A DNA stretch of 64,000 nt from Coraliomargaritaceae bacterium (GCA_965656495.1 CBFHKU010000002.1:1-64000); one strand, 5' to 3'. Counted from the first letter of the stretch, positions 13,857 through 25,820 are shown. Notes: a model not told the origin generated them from the sequence alone. A program made the numbers and translations.

Positions 13857-15122
13857 ATGGCTACCGAAGTAAAAATACCCGCAATGGGTGAATCCATCAG
13901 CAGCGGCATCCTCGCCTCCTGGCACGTTAAGGATGGCGACTATGTAAGTGTTGGACAGGCACTCTTTGAACTCGAGACCGATAAAATCACCTCTGAGGGC
14001 AACGCCGAAGTCGCCGGAACCATCAGCTTAAAAGTTCAGGCAGATGAAGAGGTGGAAATCGGGCAAGTCGTTGCCTTGATTGATGAAAGCGCGACGGCAC
14101 CATCCGGTGCCGGATCGGATAGCCCCACGCCCGAAGCCGCACCCCAAGCAGCCGCCCAACCCGAGGCCACACCCGAGCCGGCTGTTGCGCAAACTCCACC
14201 CGCCGCAGCCACGCCCGTAGCCGCACCCGCAGCCTCCGGCGCGACGCCACCCCTTTCTCCCGCCCCCCGCAAAATCGCAGAGGAAACCGGGGTCGATGTC
14301 GCCACCATCTCCGGGAGCGGCAAGGACGGACGCGTCACCAAGGGCGACATCCTCCAAAAAGCTCAGGCGAATGCATCCGCGCCTGCGCCTGCTGCGGTTA
14401 CCCATGCCCCTGCCGATCCCGCCTCCCGCGAGACCCGCAAAAAGATGTCTCCCCTGCGTCGCAAGATCGCCGAACACCTCGTCGCCGCCACGCAGGAAGC
14501 CGCGATGCTCACGACTTTCAATGAGGTCGACATGAGCGCGGTCATGCAATTGCGCAAAACGCATCAGGAAGCCTTCGTTGAAAAACACGGCATCAAACTT
14601 GGCTTCATGTCCTTCTTTACCAAGGCCGCCACCCACGCCCTGCAAGCCGTTCCCCAAGTCAATGCCCGCATTGAAGGTGACACGATTGTCAGCCAACATT
14701 ATTACGATATCGGAGTCGCGGTTGGTACGCCCAAGGGCCTGATGGTGCCGGTCGTTCACGACTGTGACCGAAAAAATTTCGCGGAGATTGAGACTGACAT
14801 TCTGAACTACGCCAAAGCGGCCCGCGAGGGTAAGATTGGAATGCAAGATCTTCAGGGTGGAGTCTTCACCATCTCCAATGGCGGCATTTACGGCTCCATG
14901 CTCAGCACTCCCATCATCAACCATCCCCAACCCGCGATCCTCGGCCTGCATAACATTCAGGAACGCCCGGTTGTTCGCGATGGCGAAATCGTCGCCCGAC
15001 CCATGATGTATCTTGCGCTCAGTTACGACCACCGACTCATTGATGGCAAAGAAGCCGTCACCTTCCTTATTAAAATCAAAGAAGCCATTGAGGATCCAAG
15101 CCGCCTGCTCTTCGGAATCTAA
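13857..15122 (+). CDS. sucB: Dihydrolipoamide succinyltransferase E2
   Basis: Lipoyl ETDKI, Ala/Pro linker, [19 protein letters not shown]; start at MATEVKIP. Confidence 0.97.
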   Translation: MATEVKIPAMGESISSGILASWHVKDGDYVSVGQALFELETDKITSEGNAEVAGTISLKVQADEEVEIGQVVALIDESATAPSGAGSDSPTPEAAPQAAAQPEATPEPAVAQTPPAAATPVAAPAASGATPPLSPAPRKIAEETGVDVATISGSGKDGRVTKGDILQKAQANASAPAPAAVTHAPADPASRETRKKMSPLRRKIAEHLVAATQEAAMLTTFNEVDMSAVMQLRKTHQEAFVEKHGIKLGFMSFFTKAATHALQAVPQVNARIEGDTIVSQHYYDIGVAVGTPKGLMVPVVHDCDRKNFAEIETDILNYAKAAREGKIGMQDLQGGVFTISNGGIYGSMLSTPIINHPQPAILGLHNIQERPVVRDGEIVARPMMYLALSYDHRLIDGKEAVTFLIKIKEAIEDPSRLLFGI

Positions 15123-15149
15123 GCAGACCCATCCCGCGCACTCCAGTTT

Positions 15150-16550
15150 ATGTCAGAAGCCAACTCATTTGATTGCATTGTCATCGGTTCGGGCCCCGGC
15201 GGCTACGTTGCCGCGATTCGCGCCGCCCAACTCGGTTTCAAGACCGCCCTTGTCGAAAAAAACGACCACCTTGGCGGCACCTGCCTCAATGTCGGCTGCA
15301 TCCCCAGTAAGGCACTCTTGCACTCGACTGAGATGTTTCACTTCGCCGCACACGGCGCTGCCGCACACGGGATTCAAATCAAGAAACCCGTTATCGACGT
15401 CAGCCAACTCATGGCGAAAAAGTCCGCCACCGTCGACCAACTGCGCGGCGGCATTCAACACCTCATGAAAGCCAATAAAATAACGGTCTTTCATGGGCTC
15501 GGCAGTCTTCAGGGCGGCAATCAGGTATGCGTGCAAGGTAAGACCGAAACCACCCTTGAAGCGAAAAATATAATCCTTGCGACCGGTTCCAGCGTTATTG
15601 AACTCCCCTTCCTTCCCTTTGATGGCAAAACTGTTGTCAGCAGCGACGAAGCGATCGCCTTCACCGAAGTACCCAAAAAACTGGCGGTCGTAGGTGCGGG
15701 CGCGATCGGCCTCGAACTCGGCTCGGTCTGGGCACGCCTTGGCGCCAAGGTCGAAGTCATCGAATTCCTCCCCAACATCGCGGCTGGGTTTGATAAGGAT
15801 GTCTCCAAAACCGCCGAACGCCTCTTCAAAAAACAAGGCCTCAATTTTCACCTTGGCACCAAAGTCACCGGCCTCAACCAGGACGGCCCCAACGCGATTC
15901 TCACTGCAGAAAAGGACGGCAAGAAACTCGAGTTTGAAGCCGATAAAATTCTGGTGGCAGTTGGCCGCCGCCCCAACACCCAGGGCCTTGGCCTTGAAAA
16001 GGTCGGCATTGAATGCGACGAGAAAGGCCGCATCCCGATTGACCCACACTACCGCACCACCGCGCCGGGCATCTACGCGATTGGCGACGTAACCACTGGT
16101 CCCATGCTTGCGCATAAAGCCGAAGAAGAAGCGGTCGCCTGTGTCGAGCGCATCGCTGGTCAGGCAGGGCACGTGAATTACGACTGCATTCCCAACGTAA
16201 TTTATACCGAACCTGAAATCGCGAGTGTTGGAATCACTGAAGCTGCCGCCAAAGAAAAAGGACTCAAGGTCAAGGTGGGTAAATTCAACTTTCTCGCCAA
16301 TGGCCGTGCCATTGCGACCGATGCGACCGATGGCTTTGCCAAAGTGATCGCCGATGCTGAAAGCGACCGTCTCCTCGGCATACAGATCATTGCCAAGAGC
16401 GCCTCCGAGATGATTGCCTCTGCGATTGCACACATGGAATACGGCGGCAGCGCCGAAGACCTTGCCCGCACCGTCCACGCGCACCCCACCCTCAGCGAAA
16501 CCCTTAAGGAAGCCGCCCTTGCGGTCGACGGTCGCGCCCTGCATAGTTAA
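15150..16550 (+). CDS. lpdA: Dihydrolipoamide dehydrogenase E3
   Basis: [28 protein letters not shown]. Confidence 0.97.
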   Translation: MSEANSFDCIVIGSGPGGYVAAIRAAQLGFKTALVEKNDHLGGTCLNVGCIPSKALLHSTEMFHFAAHGAAAHGIQIKKPVIDVSQLMAKKSATVDQLRGGIQHLMKANKITVFHGLGSLQGGNQVCVQGKTETTLEAKNIILATGSSVIELPFLPFDGKTVVSSDEAIAFTEVPKKLAVVGAGAIGLELGSVWARLGAKVEVIEFLPNIAAGFDKDVSKTAERLFKKQGLNFHLGTKVTGLNQDGPNAILTAEKDGKKLEFEADKILVAVGRRPNTQGLGLEKVGIECDEKGRIPIDPHYRTTAPGIYAIGDVTTGPMLAHKAEEEAVACVERIAGQAGHVNYDCIPNVIYTEPEIASVGITEAAAKEKGLKVKVGKFNFLANGRAIATDATDGFAKVIADAESDRLLGIQIIAKSASEMIASAIAHMEYGGSAEDLARTVHAHPTLSETLKEAALAVDGRALHS

Positions 16551-16654
16551 GGCTCCATCTGCGGGCTTTTGACGCTTTTTTTATTGCCCACCAAAAGCAA
16601 TATTAAGCATCTTTCTAGTTGCGCAGGCACGCCAATCACTTTGCGCTATAAGAC

Positions 16655-17548
16655 ATGAGTTCGCCCAACCCATTTGCTGGAGTCTTCACCGCCCTCGCGA
16701 CGCCCATGCGCGATGGTAATGTTGCCTATGACGACCTTGAAAAACTTATTGCCCACCAAATCGAAGGCGGCATCGATGGCCTCGTCTCGGTCGGCACAAC
16801 CGGCGAATCACCCACCCTCATTCACGACGAGCACATTGGCGTCATTCGCGCCACGGTTGAGGCCGCCAACGGTCGCGTCCCCGTTTACGCCGGGACCGGA
16901 TCCAACTCGACCGATGAAGCGGTCAAGCTAACCCGTGAAGCGGAGGCTGCCGGGGCCGACGGCTTCCTCCTCGTTGCGCCCTATTATAACAAGCCCAACG
17001 ACGAAGGCCTCTTCCTTCACTTCAGCCAAATCGCGGCCGCAACCGAAAAACCCATCATTCTTTACTCCATTCCCTCCCGCTGTGGAATCGAAATTTCCGT
17101 CGAGGTAACCGCCCGCCTGCACGAAGCCTATCCACATGTTTGCTGCATGAAAGCTGCCGAGGGTTCCTGCGATAAAGTTGCCCGTTATATCAATACCCTT
17201 GGTTCCGACTTCAGGGTCATGAGCGGCGACGATGCCCTCACCCTCCCCTTCATGTCAGCCGGTGCCACAGGGGTCATCAGTGTTGCCTCAAATCTTGTGG
17301 TGGCACCCCTCGTTGAAATGGTCCGCGCCGCCAACGCAAACGACTTTGCCACTGCCCGCGAGACCTTCCTCAAATACTATCCCCTCTTCAAAGCAATCTT
17401 TGTGGAGCCAAATCCGGTGCCCATCAAATACGCCCTCCAGCGTGCCGGGATCATTCAATGCCCCTCGGTGCGCCTGCCCCTCGCGCCTCTCAGTGAGCCC
17501 AATCGCGCCAGCCTCGAAGCTCTCCTGCAGGAACTTGGCCTGATCTAG
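16655..17548 (+). CDS. dapA: 4-hydroxy-tetrahydrodipicolinate synthase
   Basis: GTTGESPTL, APYYNKP, SGDD, EPNPVPIK. Confidence 0.96.
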   Translation: MSSPNPFAGVFTALATPMRDGNVAYDDLEKLIAHQIEGGIDGLVSVGTTGESPTLIHDEHIGVIRATVEAANGRVPVYAGTGSNSTDEAVKLTREAEAAGADGFLLVAPYYNKPNDEGLFLHFSQIAAATEKPIILYSIPSRCGIEISVEVTARLHEAYPHVCCMKAAEGSCDKVARYINTLGSDFRVMSGDDALTLPFMSAGATGVISVASNLVVAPLVEMVRAANANDFATARETFLKYYPLFKAIFVEPNPVPIKYALQRAGIIQCPSVRLPLAPLSEPNRASLEALLQELGLI

Positions 17549-17581
17549 CCCCTCCAAAAACGAAACAACTCCATCCCGCTC

Positions 17582-18319
17582 ATGCCATTAAATATTCTCC
17601 TCAACGGCGCCCAAGGCCGCATGGGCCTTGCCATCACTGAAGTCGCTCCGGAGCACGATGCCCAGATCGCCTGCGCCTGTGATGCCGGAGACGACCCCGC
17701 CGCCGGAATTGCGAATTGTGAGGTTGTCATCGATTTCAGCTTTCACGAAGTCACGCCAGCAATCGCAAAACTTGCCGCCGCTCACCAGCGCCCGCTCGTC
17801 ATCGGAACAACCGGGCATACCGCGGACGAGCGCAAGGCAATCCTCGCCGCCACCACAGACCAAATCCCGGTTGTTTGGGCCGGCAATTACTCTATCGGCG
17901 TCAACACCCTCAACTACCTTACCCGCAAAGCGGCACCGATCCTTTCACAGGACTACGAAGCCGAAGTCCTCGAACTGCACCATCACCACAAAAAGGACGC
18001 CCCCAGCGGAACCGCCGCCCGCCTCCTTGAAATCCTTCAATCCGCCTACAAGCTCGACGATAGCAAACTCATCCATGGTCGCGAGGGACTGGTCGGTGCC
18101 CGCCCCCGCGATGAAATCGGGGTCCACGCCATCCGTGGCGGCGACATCGTCGGCGAACACACCGTTTATTTCTGCGGACAGGGCGAGCGCCTCGAACTCA
18201 CGCACCGCGCCACGGATCGTCGCATCTTCGCCCGCGGGGCCATCCATGCTGCTCGCTGGGCCCTTCAGCAAAAACCCGGCCTTTACGACATGGAAGCGGT
18301 CCTCGGACTCACGGATTAA
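17582..18319 (+). CDS. dapB: 4-hydroxy-tetrahydrodipicolinate reductase
   Basis: GAQGRMG, IGTTG, ELHHHHKKDAPSGTA. Confidence 0.96.
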   Translation: MPLNILLNGAQGRMGLAITEVAPEHDAQIACACDAGDDPAAGIANCEVVIDFSFHEVTPAIAKLAAAHQRPLVIGTTGHTADERKAILAATTDQIPVVWAGNYSIGVNTLNYLTRKAAPILSQDYEAEVLELHHHHKKDAPSGTAARLLEILQSAYKLDDSKLIHGREGLVGARPRDEIGVHAIRGGDIVGEHTVYFCGQGERLELTHRATDRRIFARGAIHAARWALQQKPGLYDMEAVLGLTD

Positions 18320-18322
18320 AAC

Positions 18323-18937
18323 ATGATAGCCCGCATTCAAGGAACTGTTATCGAAGCCTCGCCCCTGCGTTGCGTCCTTGATATCAACGGCATCGGTTAC
18401 GAAATCCACATTCCCGTTACAACCGCCGAGAAAATCCCGCCCCTCGGTCAAAGCGCGACCCTTTTCATTCACGCGGTTTACCGCGAGGACAGCGCTACTC
18501 TTTACGGCTTCGCCACCAACGAGGACCGCGACTTTTTCCGCCTCCTGGTAGAGCGCGTCTCGGGCATCGGTCCTAAGATCGGCATCAGCATCCTCAGCCG
18601 CATGTCGGTTGAACTCCTTCGCGGCGCCATTGCCGCCTCTGATGTTGCCCTTCTTGCCAAGTGCCCCGGCATTGGCCGCAAAACCGCAGAGCGCCTTGTC
18701 ATCGAGCTCAAGGACAAAGTTTTTGCTGATGGTGCTGGCACCGCTTCCAGCGTCGGCAGCGTCGGCCCCACCTCCGAAGGAAACGGCATTCCCGCCAGCA
18801 ATTACCAAGACGCGGTCGCCAGCCTGATCACTCTGGGCTACAAACCCGCCGAGGCAGACAAACTCATCCGCAAGGCCAGTACACAGCTTCCCGCCGAAGC
18901 AAACGTCGAATTACTCATCCGCACTGCCCTGAGTTAG
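18323..18937 (+). CDS. ruvA: Holliday junction branch migration protein RuvA
   Basis: GIGYEI, VSGIGPKIG, PGIGRKTAERLVIELKDK. Confidence 0.96.
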   Translation: MIARIQGTVIEASPLRCVLDINGIGYEIHIPVTTAEKIPPLGQSATLFIHAVYREDSATLYGFATNEDRDFFRLLVERVSGIGPKIGISILSRMSVELLRGAIAASDVALLAKCPGIGRKTAERLVIELKDKVFADGAGTASSVGSVGPTSEGNGIPASNYQDAVASLITLGYKPAEADKLIRKASTQLPAEANVELLIRTALS

Positions 18938-18966
18938 GGACTCCGTGCAGACGCTTTGTGCGGTTC

Positions 18967-19650
18967 CTAATAACCCACCAGCGATCCCGACAAACCAATG
19001 TTTTGCACATGGTTTACGATCGGATCAAAGCTTGGCAACACAGCACTCGATCCATGGACCTCCGGGCCCTCAGCCGAGTAATCAGTTAAAATCAATCGGG
19101 CAGCCTGTTCCTCGAAATTGACTTCACTCAAACGCACCGATCGCTCGCGCAAATACTCCTCGGGTTCAAAAGGCAGTAAAGTACGCTCCGCAGGAGCAAC
19201 GTTTGGCTCTAAACCCTGAAGTCGGAAATGCGCCGCCAAACAAGCAGTTGGTTGATTGTGAGCCTCATCTGCTTTCTTTTCCCTCGTCGCGCGCTCAATC
19301 TCTGTTTGGCTCAAAACCGGATCCGTGGAACACAGGGGTACACTGATGTGCGCCGCCTCGTCGTTAATCACGCATGGCATTAAAAACATCGCACCCAGTA
19401 CCGCACAGGACGCCGCCGCAAAGCCTATGAATAAACGCGACCAAAAATAACGCTGCTTCAAATCGTTGGGTTGCAAGGCTTGCGGATTCAACGCCATCTG
19501 AGTCGCTCCATGTAAACGACAGGCCTCCATAAATTCTGCCCGCAGTTCCGCATCCGAAGCAAGGTATTCAGCCAAGCGGGACTCCTCCGCTGCAGACAAC
19601 TCCCCATCCAGATAAAGATTCAATAAATCCCTGAACGAATCGTCCTTCAT
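18967..19650 (-). CDS. Putative membrane-anchored anti-sigma factor
   Basis: N-terminal LLNLYLDGELS anti-sigma domain, one TM helix; 4-nt overlap with ECF sigma. Confidence 0.75.
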   Translation of the reverse strand: MKDDSFRDLLNLYLDGELSAAEESRLAEYLASDAELRAEFMEACRLHGATQMALNPQALQPNDLKQRYFWSRLFIGFAAASCAVLGAMFLMPCVINDEAAHISVPLCSTDPVLSQTEIERATREKKADEAHNQPTACLAAHFRLQGLEPNVAPAERTLLPFEPEEYLRERSVRLSEVNFEEQAARLILTDYSAEGPEVHGSSAVLPSFDPIVNHVQNIGLSGSLVGY

Positions 19651-20249
19651 GAAAAATCGACTCCCATGAGCGCACGGAGCGTTTCGCGGGCCCGTGCAAT
19701 CCGGCTTTTTACCGTACCCACACTGATTCCCAGTTCGTCAGCAATCGCATCATAAGAAAGATTTTTAACATTTCGCATGATCAACACCTCCCGGTGTTTC
19801 TCATTCAGCCCGGCCATACACTCCGTGACGCGATCCACAAATTCCTGCGTCACGGTTGCCTCGGCAGGGGTTTCGCTGCGGCTGGGTATGACGCTTTCCA
19901 AGGTCATACTTCCATCCTCGCCAATCGGCTGGTCAAAGGAAATCGACTGATCCCGCTTGCGGCGGAACCAATACCAATAACGATTGTGAGCTAGATTCGT
20001 CGCAATCTGGTACAGCCAGGTTGAAAACGAAGCATCCCCACGAAAATTGTCCAAGCCCCGATGCGCCCGAATGAAGGCATCCTGTGTCACCTCCTCGGCA
20101 TCCTGCTTGTTTTTCAATAATTGATGCACGCGCGCGTAAATCCGATCCCAATGGCGCACAACCATGTCATCATACGCAGCCGAATCCCCCTGACGGATCC
20201 GCTCAATTAGCAGGTCATCTGCCAATGCGCTTTCTGATTTTGAAGACAT
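19647..20249 (-). CDS. ECF sigma-70 factor
   Basis: DAEEVTQDAFIRA, FSTWLYQIATN, SYDAIADELGISVGTVKSRIARAR; start at MSSKSES. Confidence 0.93.
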   Translation of the reverse strand: MSSKSESALADDLLIERIRQGDSAAYDDMVVRHWDRIYARVHQLLKNKQDAEEVTQDAFIRAHRGLDNFRGDASFSTWLYQIATNLAHNRYWYWFRRKRDQSISFDQPIGEDGSMTLESVIPSRSETPAEATVTQEFVDRVTECMAGLNEKHREVLIMRNVKNLSYDAIADELGISVGTVKSRIARARETLRALMGVDFS

Positions 20250-20454
20250 GTTAAAGAGTATGTACGCTTTATTGTAACATGGCAAAAGGAAAATGGTTCC
20301 CAGATTACACCTAAAACAAAATTTAATTAATGAATTTTTAACATTAATGTATTTAATTCTAATCAAGTACCACATAAGGCAAGTAAAGCCAGCGTACTCC
20401 TTACCGATTCTTCGGCGACTTGATGGGGTCAATATCTGCGCCTGAGACTCCCAC

Positions 20455-20530
<76 letters not shown>

Positions 20531-20605
20531 TCGTGGAAGCGGGACATACAAAGTATACCTAGCAGAACTGTCAAGCGCAAGGGCAGCAGTTTTAAAACGC
20601 AATTT

Positions 20606-21310
20606 TCAGAGGTAAACCAAGCGGCCACACTGGTCACAGAAGTGGGGTTCACGGGGATCGCGAATCGCTTGTGCGACTTCGTTGGAAACACGAAGGTGGC
20701 AACCCGAGCAGGTGTGATTCTCAATGCGGGCGACGTAGGGCGGGCGTTTACTGAGCTTGCGGACGCGGTCGTAGTGTTGCAAATAGTCGGAATCGACCTC
20801 CGCGCGGGCTTCATCCAGTGCGGCACGTGCTGCATCAAGGCTCGCCTTGAGGTTGGTCTCGCGCTCCTGAAGTTGTGAGATGCTGTGCTTTTGAAGCTCA
20901 ATGCGGGCATCGATCTCGGTTTTGGCGGCCTCAAAGGCTTCCTGCTCCGTATCAATCTCAAGGAGGAGCTGTATTTCCTGCTCCTCGAGGGTGGAGATGC
21001 TGGCTTCGGCCTGTTCAATCTGCTGGGTCAAGGCGCGGTATTCCTCATTCTTTTTCACCTCGAGTTGAAGGGTGCGGAATTTCTGAATGGCAGCCTCCTG
21101 GGTCTTAACCTCGGAATCGAGTTCCTTGCGGGCGAGCTCCTTCGCCTTGAGGGCGGCGCGGGCGTTCTCAATATTTTCGGTCTCGGCGGTTATTTTGGCG
21201 TCGAGGGCGGCACGCTCACGGGGAAGCCGCGCCAACTCCTGTTCGGTCTTTTGAAGGGTCGCATCGCGATCCTGAACAATTAAAAGTTTTTCGATTTGCG
21301 GAGCGGCCAT
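20606..21310 (-). CDS. Coiled-coil protein with C4 zinc ribbon (DUF164/CT398-like)
   Basis: Long coiled coil, KKNEEYRAL, CSGCH...CDQCGRLVY. Confidence 0.88.
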   Translation of the reverse strand: MAAPQIEKLLIVQDRDATLQKTEQELARLPRERAALDAKITAETENIENARAALKAKELARKELDSEVKTQEAAIQKFRTLQLEVKKNEEYRALTQQIEQAEASISTLEEQEIQLLLEIDTEQEAFEAAKTEIDARIELQKHSISQLQERETNLKASLDAARAALDEARAEVDSDYLQHYDRVRKLSKRPPYVARIENHTCSGCHLRVSNEVAQAIRDPREPHFCDQCGRLVYL

Positions 21311-21361
21311 TAGCCAACACTCTTTACTCATTTACGAACGGGCAACCCAAAACATCCTATC

Positions 21362-21721
21362 ATGAGCGAAACTTCACTACAGGACCGTATTGATGCGGCC
21401 ACTTTTGACTTCACCATGGGCGACAGCGCCGCGGCGGAAAGCTGCCTGCGCGAGCTCCTCGCGGAGAATCCTGACTGTTTTGCTGCCTGGCATGCCCTGA
21501 CCGAAGTCTGTTATGCCGAAAAAAATTATGATGCCGCCCTTGAGGCCGCCGAGACCGCCCACCGCCTCCGCCCGGAGGATATCCATATAAATACCAGTCT
21601 CTCGCGAATCTGGGTGCAGCGGGGGGATAAGGATAAAGCGGAGCATTACGGCGCTCAGGCACGCATGCTCGGATGGAAGGAAGAATTAAAAAGTCCGCCG
21701 CAAAAAGAGAGCAACCCGTAA
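21362..21721 (+). CDS. Small TPR protein
   Basis: AWHALTEVCYAEKNYDAALEAAETAHRLRPED TPR-like repeats. Confidence 0.78.
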   Translation: MSETSLQDRIDAATFDFTMGDSAAAESCLRELLAENPDCFAAWHALTEVCYAEKNYDAALEAAETAHRLRPEDIHINTSLSRIWVQRGDKDKAEHYGAQARMLGWKEELKSPPQKESNP

Positions 21722-21760
21722 TATTGACAGTTCAGAAACGAAGTATTTGTATTCAGGTAG

Positions 21761-22741
21761 ATGGAAGATGTAACCTATACACTCGAATTTGAAAAACCGC
21801 TGCGTGAGCTGGAGAAACAGCTCATCACCCTGCAGTCCGTTTCAGAGGAATCCAAAGTAGACGTTAGCAGTGAAATCTCTGCGATTGAGAAAAAAATCGA
21901 AGCGCTGAAGGCGGAGATTTACTCAAACCTGACTGCTTGGCAACGAGTGCAACTTTCACGGCACCCCAAGCGCCCCTACTCGCTGGACTACATTGAGCGG
22001 GTTTTTACCGATTTTGAAGCGCTGCATGGCGATCGGCGTTTCCGGGAGGATGCCGCCATTGTGGGCGGACCTGCCTTACTGGACGGCGAGCCCGTAATGG
22101 TGATCGGCCAACAAAAGGGCCGCAACACCAAGGACAATTTAAAGCGCAACTTTGGTTGCCCGAATCCGGAGGGCTACCGCAAGGCCATGCGCCTCATGGA
22201 ACTCGCTGAGAAATTTGAACTGCCGGTGGTGACCTTTATCGACACCCCCGGAGCCTATCCCGGCATTGGAGCAGAGGAACGCCATGTCGCGGAAGCAATC
22301 GCGGTGAACATCCGCGAGATGAGTTGCCTGAAAGTACCGATCGTCACGATTGTGATTGGCGAGGGCGGTTCGGGTGGAGCGCTCGGCATGGCGGTGGCTG
22401 ATAAAGTCATGATTTTGGAAAATTGCTACTACTCCGTCATTTCGCCCGAAGGCTGTGCTGCAATTCTATGGAAAGACCGGGCCGCCGCTCCCAAAGCCGC
22501 CGAAGCGTTGAAATTCAGCCCCAAGCACCTGCTGGAATTTGAAGTGGTCGATTCCGTCCTGCCCGAGCCCTTGGGCGGAGCCCATCGCGATTACGACAAG
22601 GCCGCCAAAACAATTAAATCTGCAATTAAGGAAGCTCTCAAGAGCCTGAAACGCAAACCCATTAATAAACTGCTGGATGAGCGCTACGCCCGCTACCGCA
22701 AGCTAGGAATGTTCGAGGACAGCGAAGCTGCCAACGCCTAG
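21761..22741 (+). CDS. accA: Acetyl-CoA carboxylase carboxyltransferase alpha
   Basis: LEFEKPL, RHPKRP, PEGYRKA, DTPGAYPG, GEGGSGGAL. Confidence 0.98.
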   Translation: MEDVTYTLEFEKPLRELEKQLITLQSVSEESKVDVSSEISAIEKKIEALKAEIYSNLTAWQRVQLSRHPKRPYSLDYIERVFTDFEALHGDRRFREDAAIVGGPALLDGEPVMVIGQQKGRNTKDNLKRNFGCPNPEGYRKAMRLMELAEKFELPVVTFIDTPGAYPGIGAEERHVAEAIAVNIREMSCLKVPIVTIVIGEGGSGGALGMAVADKVMILENCYYSVISPEGCAAILWKDRAAAPKAAEALKFSPKHLLEFEVVDSVLPEPLGGAHRDYDKAAKTIKSAIKEALKSLKRKPINKLLDERYARYRKLGMFEDSEAANA

Positions 22742-22759
22742 TTGCAAATCGAGCACCGC

Positions 22760-23539
22760 CTACCAATTGAGGCGCAGGCCGTCATGGGCGAGGTGCACAT
22801 TATCCGGAAGATTGGCTTCCGTGCTTTCGTGATCCACCATATACGTCATATGCGTCAGATAGGTAAGGGGTGCCGCCATTTCGACCGCGGTTTGGGTCGC
22901 TTCCTCAACGGTCATATGTGAAGGGTGCGGGTTGGGTCGCAGCGCATCCAGCACAACAACATCCGCGCCCTCAGCAAGCGCACGCGCTTCGTTATCGACC
23001 CGCTTACAGTCCGTAAAGTAGGCCAATTTTTTCCCACTCGAAGCCTCCGTAAAGACCAAGCCCAAAACCTCGATCGGCCCGTGCGGGAGCGCAATGGATT
23101 CCACACGCCCGCCCGGCAATTCAAGGCTTGGGGGCATGATTTGCAGGTCAAATGCCGGATAGCCCCGCACTTTCGGTTTATCCATAATCGCGTAGGGAAA
23201 GATCGCGCGTACCCGCTCAAGGCCATCCGCACTGCTGTAAACCGGGAGCGCTACCCCACCCTTTAAATCGCAAAAACGCCGCAAATCATCCATCCCCAGA
23301 ATATGATCCGCGTGATGGTGCGTAAGGATAAAAGTATCCAAGGCCTCGATCCCGCACTGAAGACACTGCATGCGAAACTCCGGGCTGGCATCCACTTGGA
23401 TGTGATGCCCATCCATCACGACATGGATCGAAGTGCGTGTGCGCCAATTCTTCGGATTATCCAGATCACAACCCCCTTCCGGATGCGCGATCATCGGAAC
23501 CCCCTGCGAAGTTCCCGTTCCCATAAAAACCAATTCCAT
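22760..23539 (-). CDS. MBL-fold metallohydrolase (PhnP-like)
   Basis: GTGTSQGVP, THHHADHILGMDDLR, YFTDC, HPSH. Confidence 0.9.
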   Translation of the reverse strand: MELVFMGTGTSQGVPMIAHPEGGCDLDNPKNWRTRTSIHVVMDGHHIQVDASPEFRMQCLQCGIEALDTFILTHHHADHILGMDDLRRFCDLKGGVALPVYSSADGLERVRAIFPYAIMDKPKVRGYPAFDLQIMPPSLELPGGRVESIALPHGPIEVLGLVFTEASSGKKLAYFTDCKRVDNEARALAEGADVVVLDALRPNPHPSHMTVEEATQTAVEMAAPLTYLTHMTYMVDHESTEANLPDNVHLAHDGLRLNW

Positions 23540-23601
23540 AAGAACGAACTGTGGCGAGCTCGGCGCGACTTGCAACCGAGGAAGCCGCCCGTCGCAAAGT
23601 T

Positions 23602-24537
23602 TTAACGCGCTACCCGCGAAAAATCGAAATCGGCGTACACGAGGCGGTGGTCACTACCCTCGGGCGGCTGGAGGAGGTCCACTACCCCGGCGGCTTGGAC
23701 GGCGGGCATCAGTTTGGGGGCAGTGAGGATGCCGTCGACGGTAGAGTAACTGGCTTGCTTGCGGTAGAAATGGGTCCAGAGCTCCCTGCGGCTATCGGCG
23801 GCAGGGAGGCGTTTCGCGATTTCAATCTTGCCGCGTTTCTGGAAGCGACGGAGCGCTGCGCTGTCGGGGTGGTCGTTAAAATCGCCGAGGATGAGGTAAT
23901 GCGAACGGCGTTGTTCAAGGGTGCGCTGGATAATACGGTTGCGGCAGGCTTCGGCTTCACGGGTGCGTTGAAGCGCGGCTTCGGGATCGTCTTTCCGGAG
24001 GGTCCAGCGACTCTTGAGGTGGAGGTTGAAGATCTGGAGACTCATTCCCGGACGGGGATGAACCTCGACTTCGAGCAAGCCCCGGCGAACGGTTTCGCGG
24101 TCGTCAAAATATTTGAAATCGAGGTTGGTATGGCGGGTGACTTCGTGGAGGGGCAGACGGCTAAGGACCGCGAGGCAGCGGTCGGGGTCGGGGCCTTGGA
24201 GGTGCGCGATGTGCGGGTAATCGAGGCCATCGGCGCGGAGGTCCTTGCGCAGTTCGTTCAGATATGCCGGATTGCCTATTTCCTGAATAGCGAGGAGGTC
24301 GGGCTTTACTTCAAGAATTGCGCGCCGGATCGCGGATTTCTCGGTCTCGGGCTTGGGATAATCTTTGCGCCATTGTCCATCGACGCTGCGGTCCATGGAA
24401 AGATAGTTATACAGGTTGTACGTGGCAATACGGAGGGTTTGGGCCGGGGCGACCAGGGGCGCAAGGAACACCAGCGCCAGCAGGGCGAGGCGGGCAAGGC
24501 GCCGGGAAAGACTGCGACTGGACTCAATCCTTGGCAT
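23602..24537 (-). CDS. Exported endonuclease/exonuclease/phosphatase family protein
   Basis: Signal peptide; [31 protein letters not shown]. Confidence 0.9.
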   Translation of the reverse strand: MPRIESSRSLSRRLARLALLALVFLAPLVAPAQTLRIATYNLYNYLSMDRSVDGQWRKDYPKPETEKSAIRRAILEVKPDLLAIQEIGNPAYLNELRKDLRADGLDYPHIAHLQGPDPDRCLAVLSRLPLHEVTRHTNLDFKYFDDRETVRRGLLEVEVHPRPGMSLQIFNLHLKSRWTLRKDDPEAALQRTREAEACRNRIIQRTLEQRRSHYLILGDFNDHPDSAALRRFQKRGKIEIAKRLPAADSRRELWTHFYRKQASYSTVDGILTAPKLMPAVQAAGVVDLLQPPEGSDHRLVYADFDFSRVAR

Positions 24538-25780
24538 GGCGCAGGGCACCCTCGCGTTCCGGCAACGTGGGGTGTGAATAATGAAACGCGCTGTATAGGG
24601 GATGGGGAGTCAAATTGCTGAGGTTTTCCTTGTGCAGCTTGCGCAGAGCCGCGATCAGGGCATCGGGACCCTGCATGGCGCGGCGGGCAAAGGCGTCCGC
24701 TTCGTATTCGTGTTTACGGGAGAGACGACTGGATAGCGGGCCAAACCAAAATCCTACAAGGCCGCCGAGGAGCGCGACGAGGAGGAAGACCGGGACGAGG
24801 CTTTGCACCAGAGCAGGGTCAAAATAGAAGGCGCTGACAAACCATTCGGCATGGGTCAACCAACCGAGGGTTGCAAACATGACAAAGGTACTGACCGCGG
24901 AGAGCAGGATCATCTTTGGAATATGACCGAGTTTGTAATGACCGATTTCATGAGCGAGAACCGCCTCGATTTCTTCGGTATTCATTTGTTCGATAAGGGT
25001 ATCATAAAGGACGATGCGGCGGAAGCGCCCAAATCCGGCAAAGAAAGCATTGGAGTGACCGGAGCGTTTGCTGCCGTCCATCACAAGAATGGTTTGTGCC
25101 TTGAATCCGGTGCGATCGGCGAGCGCATAGAGTCGGGTCTTCAAGTCGCCTTCCTCGAGGGGTTCAAGTTTATTAAAGAGTGGCATGATAAACATGGGAT
25201 AAGCCACCACCATGACCAGTTGGAAGAGAAAGAAGACGCCATAACCCCATAGCCACCAGCAAGTACCAAGAGCGCCTACGAGCCACAAGAGAAGCGAGAG
25301 AAGCGGCAAACCGATCGCCAGACCGATGAGGCTCCCTTTGATTTTATCGGTGATCCAGAGCTTTAGGGTGCTTTTATTGAAGCCGAAACGCGCCTCGATA
25401 CGGAAGGTGCTCCACCAATCGAAGGGCAGACCCGGCAGACCGAGAATAAAGAGGATGGCGATCAGGATAAAGCTCTGGCCCCAAACGCCCGCGCCCAACC
25501 AAGTGCCGAGACCTTCATAAAGCCAGGGCAGCACTCCAAAAAGGAGGATCAGCGTCAGGATAAGGGCATCAAAAACTTCGCTGAGCATACCAAAGCGGGT
25601 GCGGGTCTCGGTATAAGCGGTGGACTTCGCGTAGGTCTCCGCATTGATGAAGTCGCGAAAGCTCTCGGGAACGCTTCCGGCGTTTTTACGCACGTGCCCC
25701 AAATTGATCCAATCCAGCGCGAGGGAAACGATTGTTTTGAGGGCAAGAAGCGCGAGGGCTGCAATGAGTACGGAATGCAT
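24524..25780 (-). CDS. M48 (Ste24-like) membrane zinc metallopeptidase
   Basis: Multi-[33 protein letters not shown]. Confidence 0.93.
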   Translation of the reverse strand: MHSVLIAALALLALKTIVSLALDWINLGHVRKNAGSVPESFRDFINAETYAKSTAYTETRTRFGMLSEVFDALILTLILLFGVLPWLYEGLGTWLGAGVWGQSFILIAILFILGLPGLPFDWWSTFRIEARFGFNKSTLKLWITDKIKGSLIGLAIGLPLLSLLLWLVGALGTCWWLWGYGVFFLFQLVMVVAYPMFIMPLFNKLEPLEEGDLKTRLYALADRTGFKAQTILVMDGSKRSGHSNAFFAGFGRFRRIVLYDTLIEQMNTEEIEAVLAHEIGHYKLGHIPKMILLSAVSTFVMFATLGWLTHAEWFVSAFYFDPALVQSLVPVFLLVALLGGLVGFWFGPLSSRLSRKHEYEADAFARRAMQGPDALIAALRKLHKENLSNLTPHPLYSAFHYSHPTLPEREGALRHAKD

Positions 25781-25783
25781 GGT

Positions 25784-25820
25784 AAAAAAAGAGGCGGCCT
25801 GTCGCGTGGGACAGGCCGCC
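25784..25820 (-). terminator. Intrinsic terminator after pilC
   Basis: ggcggcctgtc-gcgtgg-gacaggccgcc 11-bp stem followed by T7 on minus strand. Confidence 0.8.

Noticed and set aside
20250..20432. N-terminal extension of the ECF sigma in the ORF track
   Set aside because: AT-rich promoter-like DNA; family similarity begins at MSSKSES.
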